Notes: a model not told the origin generated them from the sequence alone. A stretch of 61,104 bases of DNA from an uncultured Bifidobacteriales bacterium (GCA_964603925.1 CAZRWX010000002.1:1-61104), one strand, 5' to 3'. Positions 1-10,853 are shown, counted from the stretch's first letter. Program-made: numbers and translations.

Positions 1-4
1 TGAG

Positions 5-55
5 CCCGCTCATGCTGAGCGTCTGCTGGTTTATCAGCTGACAGTCGAAGCAAGG
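5..55 (+). repeat. Short palindromic repeat, family F2 copy a: hairpin CGCTCA-tgc-TGAGCG (7-21), then GTCGAAG (44-50) and CAAGG (51-55) boxes
   Basis: The 16-mer at 6-21 is the exact reverse complement of 23973-23988. The box order matches the minus-strand copy at 23908-23988 and the compact copy at 49844-49869. Confidence 0.45.
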
Positions 56-84
56 ACTCGGGATGACTTTGATTAATTAGTTCC

Positions 85-134
85 AAAAAAAATGCCGAGT
101 AGCAGTTCGGATTAATGAACCAATACTCGGCATT
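85..134 (-). terminator. Rho-independent terminator after the V-ATPase operon
   Basis: On the minus strand, an AATGCCGAGTA...TACTCGGCATT stem is followed by a T8 run. It starts about 23 nt after the subunit K stop. Confidence 0.6.
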
Positions 135-156
135 GATTTGATTTAATAAATACTGA

Positions 157-2517
<2,361 letters not shown>

Positions 2518-2521
<4 letters not shown>

Positions 2522-3120
2522 TTAGCTGCCTCCGCCGCCTCTATACGGGCCTTGAGAATCTTTTGTGCGGACTTGGCTAAATTCTCCTCATCCTCCAGAA
2601 ACCGTTTGATTCTGCGAATGGCCTCCTGATAACCTGGTATCTGAACTTTTTCGTAGAGGTTAACCTTCTGGGTTGTTTTCTTACGGGCATATTCGAGTAT
2701 TTCAACTTTTTTAAGAGCCAGGTCTTTTTGGATGCCCAGACTTACAATTTTTTTGAGGATTTCCATACCCTGGGGAACCCAGGCAGGCATGGAAAAATAG
2801 CTGTAAGCCTCTTCATCAAATTCGGCTTTGTTAAGTATAGGAGTTTTTACACCTGCAATTTTTTTAAAACTTATGTCAACAGTTTTAATAGCAAGCTTAT
2901 CCTGGGGAAATTCGCACCAGAGCCTGTTCATGGGTGAGAGGGTGTTGTGTTCTTTTTTAAGTTCCTCTTCAATAGCTTTAACTTCTTCCCTGGCTTTTTT
3001 AACCTCTACACGAAGGGCACTCTCTTTGGCCTGCAGCGTGGGCAGGGCGTTTTCGCGAACCTTTAGCTCTTTGCTGAGCTGCTGCAGGTAGGTCTTGTTG
3101 TATTGAAAACTAATTGCCAC
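2518..3120 (-). CDS. atpD: V-type ATP synthase subunit D
   Basis: 200-aa charged coiled-coil protein in the expected position after subunit B. GTG start. Confidence 0.85.
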
Positions 3121-3366
3121 TGTTTAATCCTGGTTAGAGATCCTGGTTAAATCCCAATACCTAAACCCCAAATCCCAAATGTCTGATGAGCATTCTAACA
3201 AAGTTAAGACACGCTCCATCAGTTTGTTAGAACGGAGCTTCACTTCCGTTCTAATAATTATACAGGAATTAAAAAAGAACGAGTTTTGAATTTCCAAATT
3301 TGAATTTTGGATTTGTTTGGGATTTAGTATTTTGGATTTTGGATTTATCATAAATAAAATGATGAA
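3121..3366. repeat. Structured repeat family F1 copy 1 (core 3179-3256), embedded between AT-rich AAATCCCAAA / TTTGGGATTT inverted repeat runs
   Basis: An 18/18-nt block (3179-3196) and the block GCTCCATCAGTTTRTTAGAA are shared with 49821-49922. Hairpin at 3227-3254. Flanking runs at 3150-3180 versus 3300-3350. The element fills the atpB-atpD gap. Confidence 0.6.
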
Positions 3367-4692
3367 CTAATTACTTTCCTGCCAGTATTTATCTACCAGC
3401 TCCTGCTTGGCTCCTACCTCTTCTTTGGAGAAAAACTTGCTGAATAAGCGCCAGCCTGTGTCTAACATATGGTCAATCTCTATGTTAATGTCGATGGCCA
3501 GGAGCTCACGTGAATACTCCTTGGCGAAATCCAGGCAGCGGGTATCATAATCTGAAAGGTCGAAGCCGTTTTCCAGTTTGGTTTTAGCATTGGCGGCATC
3601 AGCATAAAGACGAATTAAACCGTTCATAACCTGAGGGTGATCCTCCCTGGTCTTTTTGCCTATAACCAGCTGCTTGAGACGGGAAAGACTGCGGAAGGGG
3701 TCGATTATAACTTTGGAAATGTCTGTGTCGCGCCGCAGATACAGCTGTCCCTCTGTGATGTAGCCTGTGTTATCGGGAATAGCGTGTGTGATGTCGCCGC
3801 CAGAAAGAGTGGTAACGGCTATAATAGTGATGGAGCCGCCATCGGGAAGCTGGATAGCCTTCTCATAAATTTTGGCCAGGTCACTGTAGAGGGAACCGGG
3901 CATGCTGTCTTTAGAGGGGATTTGATCCATACGGTTACTTACTATACTCAGGGCATCGGCATACAAGGTCATATCTGTAAGTAGTACCAGTACCTTGGCC
4001 TGTTTTTCGATAGCAAAATACTCGGCTGCCGTAAGGCACATGTCTGGCACCAGCAGACGCTCAACGGGGGCATCTTCTGTGGTATTCATAAATGAAATGA
4101 TGCGGTCCAGAGCACCGGCGTTATCAAAAAGCTGACGGTAGTAGAGGTAGTCGTCATTACTCATACCCATACCGCCCAGTATGATGGCGTCTGCCTGTGC
4201 CCGCAGGGCTACATCGGCCATAACCTGATTAAAAGGTTGATCGGGGTCGGCAAAGAAGGGTATTTTTTGCCCAGTTACCAGAGTGTTGTTAAGATCGATA
4301 CCAGCAATACCAGTGGCAATAAGCTCGGAGGGCTGCTTGCGGCGTACGGGGTTGGCTGAGGGTCCGCCTATTTCGCGCTCTTCACCCTCTATATCGGGGC
4401 CGCCGTCAATGGGCTGACCATAGGCGTTGAAAAAACGCCCCTTAAGCTCATCGGACACTTTGAGTGTAGGAGGCTTACCCAGAAAAATTACCTCAGCATT
4501 GGTGGGGATACCCTGCGTTCCAGGGAAAATCTGTAAAGTGACACTTTTGCCGTTGATTTTAACCACTTGAGCCGGGCGGCCGTCTACATAGGCCATCTCT
4601 TCGTTGGATACGCCTTCGGCGTTAACCACGCAGGTAGCTTTTGTGATATTTTCAACATGGGTATAGACTTTTTGAAAGGCTTTGGTTTTCAT
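3367..4692 (-). CDS. atpB: V-type ATP synthase subunit B
   Basis: 441 aa with typical non-catalytic V/A-ATPase B sequence throughout (for example LTDMTLYADAL, SGGDITHAIPD). Confidence 0.95.
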   Translation of the reverse strand: MKTKAFQKVYTHVENITKATCVVNAEGVSNEEMAYVDGRPAQVVKINGKSVTLQIFPGTQGIPTNAEVIFLGKPPTLKVSDELKGRFFNAYGQPIDGGPDIEGEEREIGGPSANPVRRKQPSELIATGIAGIDLNNTLVTGQKIPFFADPDQPFNQVMADVALRAQADAIILGGMGMSNDDYLYYRQLFDNAGALDRIISFMNTTEDAPVERLLVPDMCLTAAEYFAIEKQAKVLVLLTDMTLYADALSIVSNRMDQIPSKDSMPGSLYSDLAKIYEKAIQLPDGGSITIIAVTTLSGGDITHAIPDNTGYITEGQLYLRRDTDISKVIIDPFRSLSRLKQLVIGKKTREDHPQVMNGLIRLYADAANAKTKLENGFDLSDYDTRCLDFAKEYSRELLAIDINIEIDHMLDTGWRLFSKFFSKEEVGAKQELVDKYWQESN

Positions 4693-4753
4693 AGGGTTAT
4701 CTCCATAAAAAATTAAATTCTAAAACCCGAATCCTGGATGCATAACCAAAGTG

Positions 4754-4920
4754 GGCACAACCCCCTAACCCCCTGGGGGGTATGAAACGGAAGTATCTTC
4801 CATACCTGATTTGTTGCATATTGCCGTTTGCCGGGGTGGGTTTTGTAAACTGTTTCATCATAATCTTACTTGTAGTTACTTTCATTCTGTGAACACCCCC
4901 TCGGGGGGATGGGGGGTGCC
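4754..4920. repeat. G/C-rich inverted-repeat pair (BIME-like element A) in the atpA-atpB gap
   Basis: Left end GGCACAACCCCCTAACCCCCTGGGGGG (4754-4780). Right end CACCCCCTCGGGGGGATGGGGGGTGCC (4894-4920). The ends are inverted relative to each other and match the ends of 10900-11042. Confidence 0.6.
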
Positions 4921-4995
4921 ACCTGAATTAGTTTTAACTTTGACATCGTTTTGGTTTGAGATATTACTTCTTTATTTTAATTCTTTAAAGCTTCT

Positions 4996-6765
4996 TCAGG
5001 CCAATGCCGCCGCTGTTGATCTCTCGTTCATGAGGGCTTTAACTTCTTTTTCTGAGGCATTGAACTTGTCGTTTTTAAACTCCTGGTAGTTCATCTGCTT
5101 AAGCATGTTGATCATCTTCTTAAAATAGGTGCTAACCTCCTCAAAGCTGTCGAATTTAAAATCGCGGGTGCAGATGTCCAGTACTATGGCCACCATATAC
5201 TGCTGACGCGCTATGGGCGTAGCTGCATCAACTTTGTCAAAAGCATCCTGCTGGAGAATAACGAAATCTATAACCTCTGCTTTGTTAAATAAAAGGTGGT
5301 AGCTCAGCGGTACACCATCATCCCCAAGAATGTTGATTTGGTCCCGTACCTCTTTACCGCGCAGGAGAAGATCTTTAAGGACAGTGACTTTGTCTACCCA
5401 TCCCGCTTCGATTGTAGAATTGAGATAATCTATAACCTCCTGATACTCAAGATATTTGGAATAGCTGTCTATTGGATCGATAGCGGGGTAACGTTTGCTG
5501 TCGGCGCGGTTTTGCGAAAGAGCATAAAAAGCACGGGCAGCTTTTTTGGTAGACTCTGTAACCGGCTCTTTGAGGTTACCGCCAGCTGGGCTTACAGTAC
5601 CTATAAATGTAATGGAACCGCTCTTGCCGTTACTGAGGTTGACATAGCCTGCACGGGAATAAAAATTGGCCACAATGGCGGGTAGGTCCATAGGGAAGGC
5701 GTCGGGACCGGGGAGCTCCTCCATACGGTTACTCATCTCGCGAAGAGCCTGGGCCCAACGGGAGGTGGAATCTGCTAACAATAATACCTTAAGGCCCATC
5801 ATACGGTAATATTCTGCTATGGTCATACCTGTGTAAACAGAGGCCTCTCGAGATGCTACCGGCATGTTGGATGTATTGCATATAATGATGGTGCGCTCCA
5901 TGAGTTTACGGCCGGTGCGTGGGTCATCGAGCTCGGGAAACTCTGTGAAGATTTCTACTACCTCATTAGCGCGCTCGCCGCAGGCCACTATGATGATGAG
6001 ATCTGCCTCGGCGTGTTTGCTTATAATGTGCTGAAGTACGGTTTTGCCGCAGCCAAAGGGACCGGGGATAAAGCCTGTGCCGCCCTCAGCTATGGGATTA
6101 AGGGTGTCTATAACGCGGACGCCTGTTTCTAAAAGCTTGAATGGCCGGGGCTTGTTAACGTAATTTTTAACCTCTACCTTAACGGGCCAGCGCATGGTCA
6201 TGGTAAGGGGGTGGTCGTTGCCGTCGATATCCACTAAAACAGCGATGGTCTGGGTAATAGTATATTCGCCCTCGGCTACTATTGACTTGAGTTTGCACTC
6301 GCTATTAATATTGAAGGGAACCATGATTTTATGGGGAATCCACCCCTCCATGACTTCGCCTATCCAGTCGCCGCCTTTTAAGGTGTCGCCCTCTTTGGCT
6401 GTGGGTTTGAACCCCCATTTTTTGTTGTCGTCCAGTGCTGCGGTATAGTCGCCGCGTTTTAGATAGACGCCCTCCATCTTTTCCAGGTCGTTCTGCAGAC
6501 CATCATACTTTTGTGAGAGCATGCCGGGCCCAAGCTGAACCTCCAGCATGTGGCCTGTGAAATCAGCGCTGGTGCCCACTTTGAGACCACGTGTACTCTC
6601 AAAAACTTGTACATAAGCATTGCGGCCCGCAATTTTAATAACCTCGGCCATAAGACGCTCTTCACCATGATTTATATAGCAGATTTCGTTTTGGGATACG
6701 GGACCGTCCACCTCAATAGTTACAAGGTTGGATACAATAGCAGTTACCTTGCCTGTTGTGCTCAT
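4996..6765 (-). CDS. atpA: V-type ATP synthase catalytic subunit A
   Basis: 589 aa with Walker A GPFGCGKT and the non-homologous insert typical of A subunits. Confidence 0.95.
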   Translation of the reverse strand: MSTTGKVTAIVSNLVTIEVDGPVSQNEICYINHGEERLMAEVIKIAGRNAYVQVFESTRGLKVGTSADFTGHMLEVQLGPGMLSQKYDGLQNDLEKMEGVYLKRGDYTAALDDNKKWGFKPTAKEGDTLKGGDWIGEVMEGWIPHKIMVPFNINSECKLKSIVAEGEYTITQTIAVLVDIDGNDHPLTMTMRWPVKVEVKNYVNKPRPFKLLETGVRVIDTLNPIAEGGTGFIPGPFGCGKTVLQHIISKHAEADLIIIVACGERANEVVEIFTEFPELDDPRTGRKLMERTIIICNTSNMPVASREASVYTGMTIAEYYRMMGLKVLLLADSTSRWAQALREMSNRMEELPGPDAFPMDLPAIVANFYSRAGYVNLSNGKSGSITFIGTVSPAGGNLKEPVTESTKKAARAFYALSQNRADSKRYPAIDPIDSYSKYLEYQEVIDYLNSTIEAGWVDKVTVLKDLLLRGKEVRDQINILGDDGVPLSYHLLFNKAEVIDFVILQQDAFDKVDAATPIARQQYMVAIVLDICTRDFKFDSFEEVSTYFKKMINMLKQMNYQEFKNDKFNASEKEVKALMNERSTAAALA

Positions 6766-7598
6766 TATTTACCTCCGATTGCGGCGTAGTCGCTTGATTC
6801 TTTAAAAGTTCTAGTAAGATCGCCGGCGAGTTTTACAAACAGCCTGGCGCCCTCTTTAGGCTGTAGTTGAGACCACCTTTCGGCGATAGAAAGCCGAATG
6901 CAGAAAGCCAGAATGGTGTCAATACCAAAATATGAGAAAGTTGTAAGATCTTCCATAATCTCCCACCGGAGAATATCGAGCTGCTTTTCCCTCTCGGTAA
7001 GATTACCCAGGGGGAGATTGATAACACGATCTGCCCATGGCAGAATACCAGATAAGGAAAAGTCGGCAGCAGTGCTTTTAAGTATAGCCTGTGCTGCCTC
7101 GTTACGGGTGATAATGGCACCCTCCATACTTTTACCCAGTTTGCGGCAGTTGAGTGCAGCTAAAAGGTTTTTAAGGTTGAGCTCAAAACTGAAATACTCA
7201 CTGATGAAGGCATTTGGGCCTTGAATTGCCCATTCATAAAAAAGCCAGTGGAGTTGATCTTCTAAAGAAAGTCCTGGAAAAAGCGGCTTTTGCTGCTGTT
7301 GGGACTCCAGGAAATTAACCATGTAAGGGGGGAGATCGTCCAGATATTTGATGGACTGCTGCAGCTCCTCCTGGGAGAGATTGCCTGAATTGCTGAAACT
7401 GCCTGATTCATCCTGGATAATGCTTATAATGTTGGTATTATCAAAAGGCATACGGATAAGGCGAACCAGTTGTGAGTCTGCCGGCGATGTCTGCTCTACT
7501 ATGTCGTTAGTGAAGTCTTTAAAGGAAACGTAGCCTTTGCCCTCATCCATGAGTAAATCTGGAAGGCTTGAAACCAAGTAATAATATTGAGAAGACAT
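6765..7598 (-). CDS. DUF2764-family protein (subunit C equivalent of Bacteroidetes/Chlamydia-type V-ATPase operons)
   Basis: The N-terminus YYYLVSSLPDL is typical of DUF2764. It sits between E and A, and its stop overlaps the atpA start. Confidence 0.7.
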   Translation of the reverse strand: MSSQYYYLVSSLPDLLMDEGKGYVSFKDFTNDIVEQTSPADSQLVRLIRMPFDNTNIISIIQDESGSFSNSGNLSQEELQQSIKYLDDLPPYMVNFLESQQQQKPLFPGLSLEDQLHWLFYEWAIQGPNAFISEYFSFELNLKNLLAALNCRKLGKSMEGAIITRNEAAQAILKSTAADFSLSGILPWADRVINLPLGNLTEREKQLDILRWEIMEDLTTFSYFGIDTILAFCIRLSIAERWSQLQPKEGARLFVKLAGDLTRTFKESSDYAAIGGK

Positions 7599-7600
7599 GC

Positions 7601-8215
7601 TCAGTCGTTAAACAGGAAGGCCCTAGTTTTGGGTTTAAGATACTGGCGGAAAAGCTCCATGAAATCTTCATCTGTAAGGCTAATGAGATAAGTGCCGTCC
7701 TTAGGGCCGATTTGCAGACCGCCCTTGATGCCTTTGGTAAAGCTTAAGGATAAACCTTTTGATAAAAGATCATGGATTTGAGCCTTTAGGCTGGATTCCA
7801 GCTCTGCCTGCTGAGCCTGGGGTAAAAGTACCTCTAATTGAGGAGCCTCGCTTGAGGATGACGCCCAGTTGCTGACCAGGGTTTGAATAATAGTTTTGAG
7901 ATTGCCGGCATCGTTAACGGCGGCCGCCACCTGCTGATCGCTGGTTTTAGCTGTGATAAGCTCTTGGATTTGCTGCTTAACGGCGCCGATAGCTTGCTTG
8001 CCGGAGAGCCTGATTTCTGACTCAATTTTGGTTTTAAGCTCGTCGGCCTGCTTTTTGGCCTGAGCAATAATGACCTCAGCATCGGCTTTGGCCTTGGCGA
8101 GGAGCTCTTGAGAACGGCCCTCAGCCTCCTGAACAAGCTGACCGGCTTTAGCCTTGCCCTCTTCCACGCCCTCGGTGTAAATTTTTTGTGTGAGTTCCTG
8201 AAGTTTGTTTTGCAT
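7601..8215 (-). CDS. atpE: V-type ATP synthase subunit E
   Basis: 204 aa with a long K/E/A-rich N-terminal helix and a globular C-terminus. First gene of the operon. Confidence 0.8.
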   Translation of the reverse strand: MQNKLQELTQKIYTEGVEEGKAKAGQLVQEAEGRSQELLAKAKADAEVIIAQAKKQADELKTKIESEIRLSGKQAIGAVKQQIQELITAKTSDQQVAAAVNDAGNLKTIIQTLVSNWASSSSEAPQLEVLLPQAQQAELESSLKAQIHDLLSKGLSLSFTKGIKGGLQIGPKDGTYLISLTDEDFMELFRQYLKPKTRAFLFND

Positions 8216-8421
8216 GTATAAAGCTCCCTGAAAAGAGTCTTGATATTCCGGGTTAATTCCAAAATGATGACGTGCAAATTAGCATAATTAAGTTGAATTG
8301 TGATGTGGTATTTTAAAAAAAATGCAGGTGGTGATCGGGTTTAATACAAAAATTGCTTTAAATAAATCTAGATTTGCGTGAGTGTTGACAAAGAATGACA
8401 AAGCTAGAAAGGACATAATCC

Positions 8422-8730
8422 ATGCTGAGTAATCCAGGAAAAGTTGAAGCGTATTTTCAGGCCAGGGAAATTGAGTTGCTGCGTAAGCACAGGCAGGAGC
8501 GTGAGCAAAAGAGAGCGGCTAAGGAAAAGGAAGATCTTAAAAATCTTCATTATATGCACTGCCCCAAATGCGGCACTAAGATGGAAGTAATAAAAATGCA
8601 GGAAATAGAGGTGGATAAATGTCCCCAGTGCTGGGGAGTTTATTTTGATGATAATGAGCTTGAGCAGTTAATGGAAATTGAAAGTAAAAAAAGGCGATCA
8701 GTTGTAAGGGCATTGTTCGGGTTGAAGTAG
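8422..8730 (+). CDS. Zinc-ribbon protein (zf-TFIIB-type, PF13453-like)
   Basis: CPKCG...x17...CPQCWGVYFD followed by ELEQL, as in the TFIIB-type zinc-finger family. Charged N-terminal helix. Confidence 0.65.
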   Translation: MLSNPGKVEAYFQAREIELLRKHRQEREQKRAAKEKEDLKNLHYMHCPKCGTKMEVIKMQEIEVDKCPQCWGVYFDDNELEQLMEIESKKRRSVVRALFGLK

Positions 8731-9010
8731 GAAGCTTAAGGGTGTGGACTAAAAATTCTGAATTGAACTGACGGCAACTGGGAGTAGAAAGGGTGAAATT
8801 GAAGGAGCGGATGCCTGATAAATGGGAAGAACGACGCCCCATTGTGAATTGAAAAAGTGAAAATACTTGTAATTTGGTGTTGCTCTGGAGTTTGGTATTA
8901 GAGATAAGCGAAAAGTGGAAAGTGCAGAATTTGGGAGCTTTGTGTTCTTAATCGTTCTCGTCCTTCATTATCGAAAAGCGGTGAAGAATAGGTAATACAC
9001 GTAAACTTGA

Positions 9011-9143
9011 ATAGCGCACTGGAGTTTAGCATAGCTAAACTCCCAGGCCTAAGCCAAAGGCTTAGGCATTCACCCGTAAATTGTAATAGTGCACTGGAGT
9101 TTAGCAAAGCTAAAGTCCCAGGCCTAAGCCAAAGGCTTAGGCA
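9011..9143. repeat. Tandem 75-bp repeat (2 units, 9011-9068 and 9086-9143), each unit carrying two hairpins
   Basis: Each unit is ATAGYGCACTGGAGTTTAGC-awa-GCTAAASTCCCAGGCCTAAGCC-aaa-GGCTTAGGCA. The second unit contains the stop codon of the 9137-10333 gene. Confidence 0.7.
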
Positions 9144-10333
9144 CACCCGCCTTTTACACGCTTCGCCTTATTTTTGACCGGTCGGTTCCGGCCGCCCAAG
9201 GTATTATCCAGGTTAATAAGAACATTGGCTGCCTGGGTGCGGAATTTGTATTCATTCATGGACTGTTTGGAGGCTGGCGCCGCAGGCTGTTGGGCCTGGA
9301 ATATCATCTGTTGGAATTCGCTGATATTCTCTTTGAGGATATAGTTGGTGGAAGTGCCGATAAACTTGGCCAGCAGGCAGGCTTTTTTGGCGGTGGTGTC
9401 TTTATCAGCATAAAAAATATTGAGCTTGTGGTGCTGGTTTAAAATTTCTGTGTAGTCCCTGTTGAACATGCTGTCCAGGGGTATATTTATGGCCAGGGGC
9501 AGATGTTTTGTCTTATAATCACCGGGGCTGCGTACATCTATCAGGTTGATTTTGTAATAGTTATGCATAAGTTCATAGGCAACTTTGTCTGCGGACATTT
9601 CTTTAAAAACACATGTTTTTTGACGTTTGGCCTCGGCGATACGGTTAAGGATAAGCTCCCGTTTGCTGGGGGTGAGGGTAATAAATGCCATAATTATAAA
9701 TGGTATAGCGCTTAATATTGATAGCTTTATTTTTAAGGGCCGGTTTATGGCTCTGGCGCCCGTTACCCATTGCTGGACCTTGCCTGTGAATATGAAGGCG
9801 CCGACCGCTATAGCTGTCATTATAAAGGCAAAGGCGTTGCGGGATAAGCCAAAGAAGGTGTTTATCCGTATATCGCCCATATTTTGGGAGAGATAGATGC
9901 CTTCTAAAAAAGGATAGAATTCTGTGAATAAAAATACACCCAGAAAGCTGCCTGCTATAAAAAACATGGCGTCTATTTTGCCGATAGCGGCAGCGCAAAA
10001 ACTTGTACCCGGGCAGAAACCGCCAATGATAAAGCCCGCACCCATGATAAGGCCGCCGATAATGGCCGACCACAGGAAAGTGGGGTTAATGTAAATGATG
10101 GAGGTGTCCAGCAGGCCAAAATGTGAAAGCAAAAGAACACCTATCATGGCTGTGACACCGGCGGTAAAAAAGACCCGCAGCACTGTGAAGTCGTAGCCGT
10201 AGAATAGGCCCACCAGCTTACGGGTGGAAGAAAACCCCGCCTGCTCCAGGGCAAAGCCAAAGCCGAAACCCACAATAAGGGCAATGATAAAGTTGAACTG
10301 CTCGCTGATAACTTCGGGTACTAAAGGTGCCAT
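9137..10333 (-). CDS. YeeE/YedE (Sulf_transp) membrane protein fused to a rhodanese-like domain
   Basis: The N-terminal half has the GGFCPGTSFC loop typical of YeeE/YedE. Residues ~245-342 are rhodanese-like (INLIDVRSPGDY...), but the catalytic-loop position reads FYADKDT, so there is no Cys. The C-terminus ends KGGCA. Confidence 0.8.
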   Translation of the reverse strand: MAPLVPEVISEQFNFIIALIVGFGFGFALEQAGFSSTRKLVGLFYGYDFTVLRVFFTAGVTAMIGVLLLSHFGLLDTSIIYINPTFLWSAIIGGLIMGAGFIIGGFCPGTSFCAAAIGKIDAMFFIAGSFLGVFLFTEFYPFLEGIYLSQNMGDIRINTFFGLSRNAFAFIMTAIAVGAFIFTGKVQQWVTGARAINRPLKIKLSILSAIPFIIMAFITLTPSKRELILNRIAEAKRQKTCVFKEMSADKVAYELMHNYYKINLIDVRSPGDYKTKHLPLAINIPLDSMFNRDYTEILNQHHKLNIFYADKDTTAKKACLLAKFIGTSTNYILKENISEFQQMIFQAQQPAAPASKQSMNEYKFRTQAANVLINLDNTLGGRNRPVKNKAKRVKGGCA

Positions 10334-10334
10334 A

Positions 10335-10853
10335 TTACTTTAACCACAGCTTTCGGAAAAAGAACGCAAGGGAATAGGCCGAACCGAAAATGGCCATCAT
10401 GGTGATAATGCCGCCCAGGCTCATTACGGCCATACCGCTTAAGGCGCTGCCGCTAGTGCACCCCCGGCCCAGCTGAGAACCAAAGCCAAATAAGACCCCG
10501 CCCGCAATAGCGCCAATAACCCTGGCGGCAGTTGTAGCGCGCGGGCCTTTGTCAAATTTGAAGCCCAAACGGCCCGAAATAAGGCCAGAGAAAAAAGCCC
10601 CGAAAAATACCCCGATAACCTCGAATACCAGCCATGATTTTAAAGGGTGCGAAGGGTTGGCGGCCCGGTAGGTTTTATAATATTTAGCCTCGTTATAATG
10701 TCCGGGAGCCACTGTGCTAACAGCGGTCAATACACTGCTCTTGACTGCGCCGCTGGCTCCAAGACCCCGGCCGGTGATGTAGATAGAGGCTAATAATACC
10801 AGCCCCAGCAGGATACCGGCTTTGTAAGGATTCATGTGGGGTTTGATTTCCAT
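10335..10853 (-). CDS. YeeE/YedE (Sulf_transp) family membrane protein, partner half
   Basis: 172 aa with GRGLGASG and GRGCTSGSALSG motifs. There is a 1-nt gap to the downstream half. Confidence 0.8.
   Translation of the reverse strand: MEIKPHMNPYKAGILLGLVLLASIYITGRGLGASGAVKSSVLTAVSTVAPGHYNEAKYYKTYRAANPSHPLKSWLVFEVIGVFFGAFFSGLISGRLGFKFDKGPRATTAARVIGAIAGGVLFGFGSQLGRGCTSGSALSGMAVMSLGGIITMMAIFGSAYSLAFFFRKLWLK

Noticed and set aside
3183-3190. The CTGATGAG word (also at 49825-49832) matches the hammerhead ribozyme core box.
   Set aside because: No GAAA box follows a stem II, and there is no stem III/cleavage-site arrangement. In the gene-sense (minus-strand) transcript the word reads CTCATCAG, and it is better explained as one arm of the 9-bp F1 outer stem.
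3124-3351. Track ORFs lying on repeats: 3124-3351, 4697-4885, 4811-5089, 8898-9146, 10870-11067, 49821-50009 and 49856-50041.
   Set aside because: They are translations of the repeat elements (KSKILNPKQIQN, PPRGLGG, PSGGWGV, CLSLWLRPG x2, LTPWGG, LRQAQGERG). They have no SD sequences and overlap hairpins or neighbouring genes.
7834-8277. Long antisense or alternative-frame ORFs inside well-supported genes, for example 7834-8277, 9645-10073, 21586-21936, 26855-27280, 34331-34645, 47454-47807 and 50181-50576.
   Set aside because: Each is fully embedded in a gene with strong family motifs on the other frame or strand. Their compositions are skewed (Arg/Ser/Pro-rich), as is typical of shadow ORFs.
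9011-9143. Direct repeats that might suggest a CRISPR array.
   Set aside because: There are only two units, 58 nt long and separated by a 17-nt linker. No further repeats, unique spacers or cas genes occur in the window.
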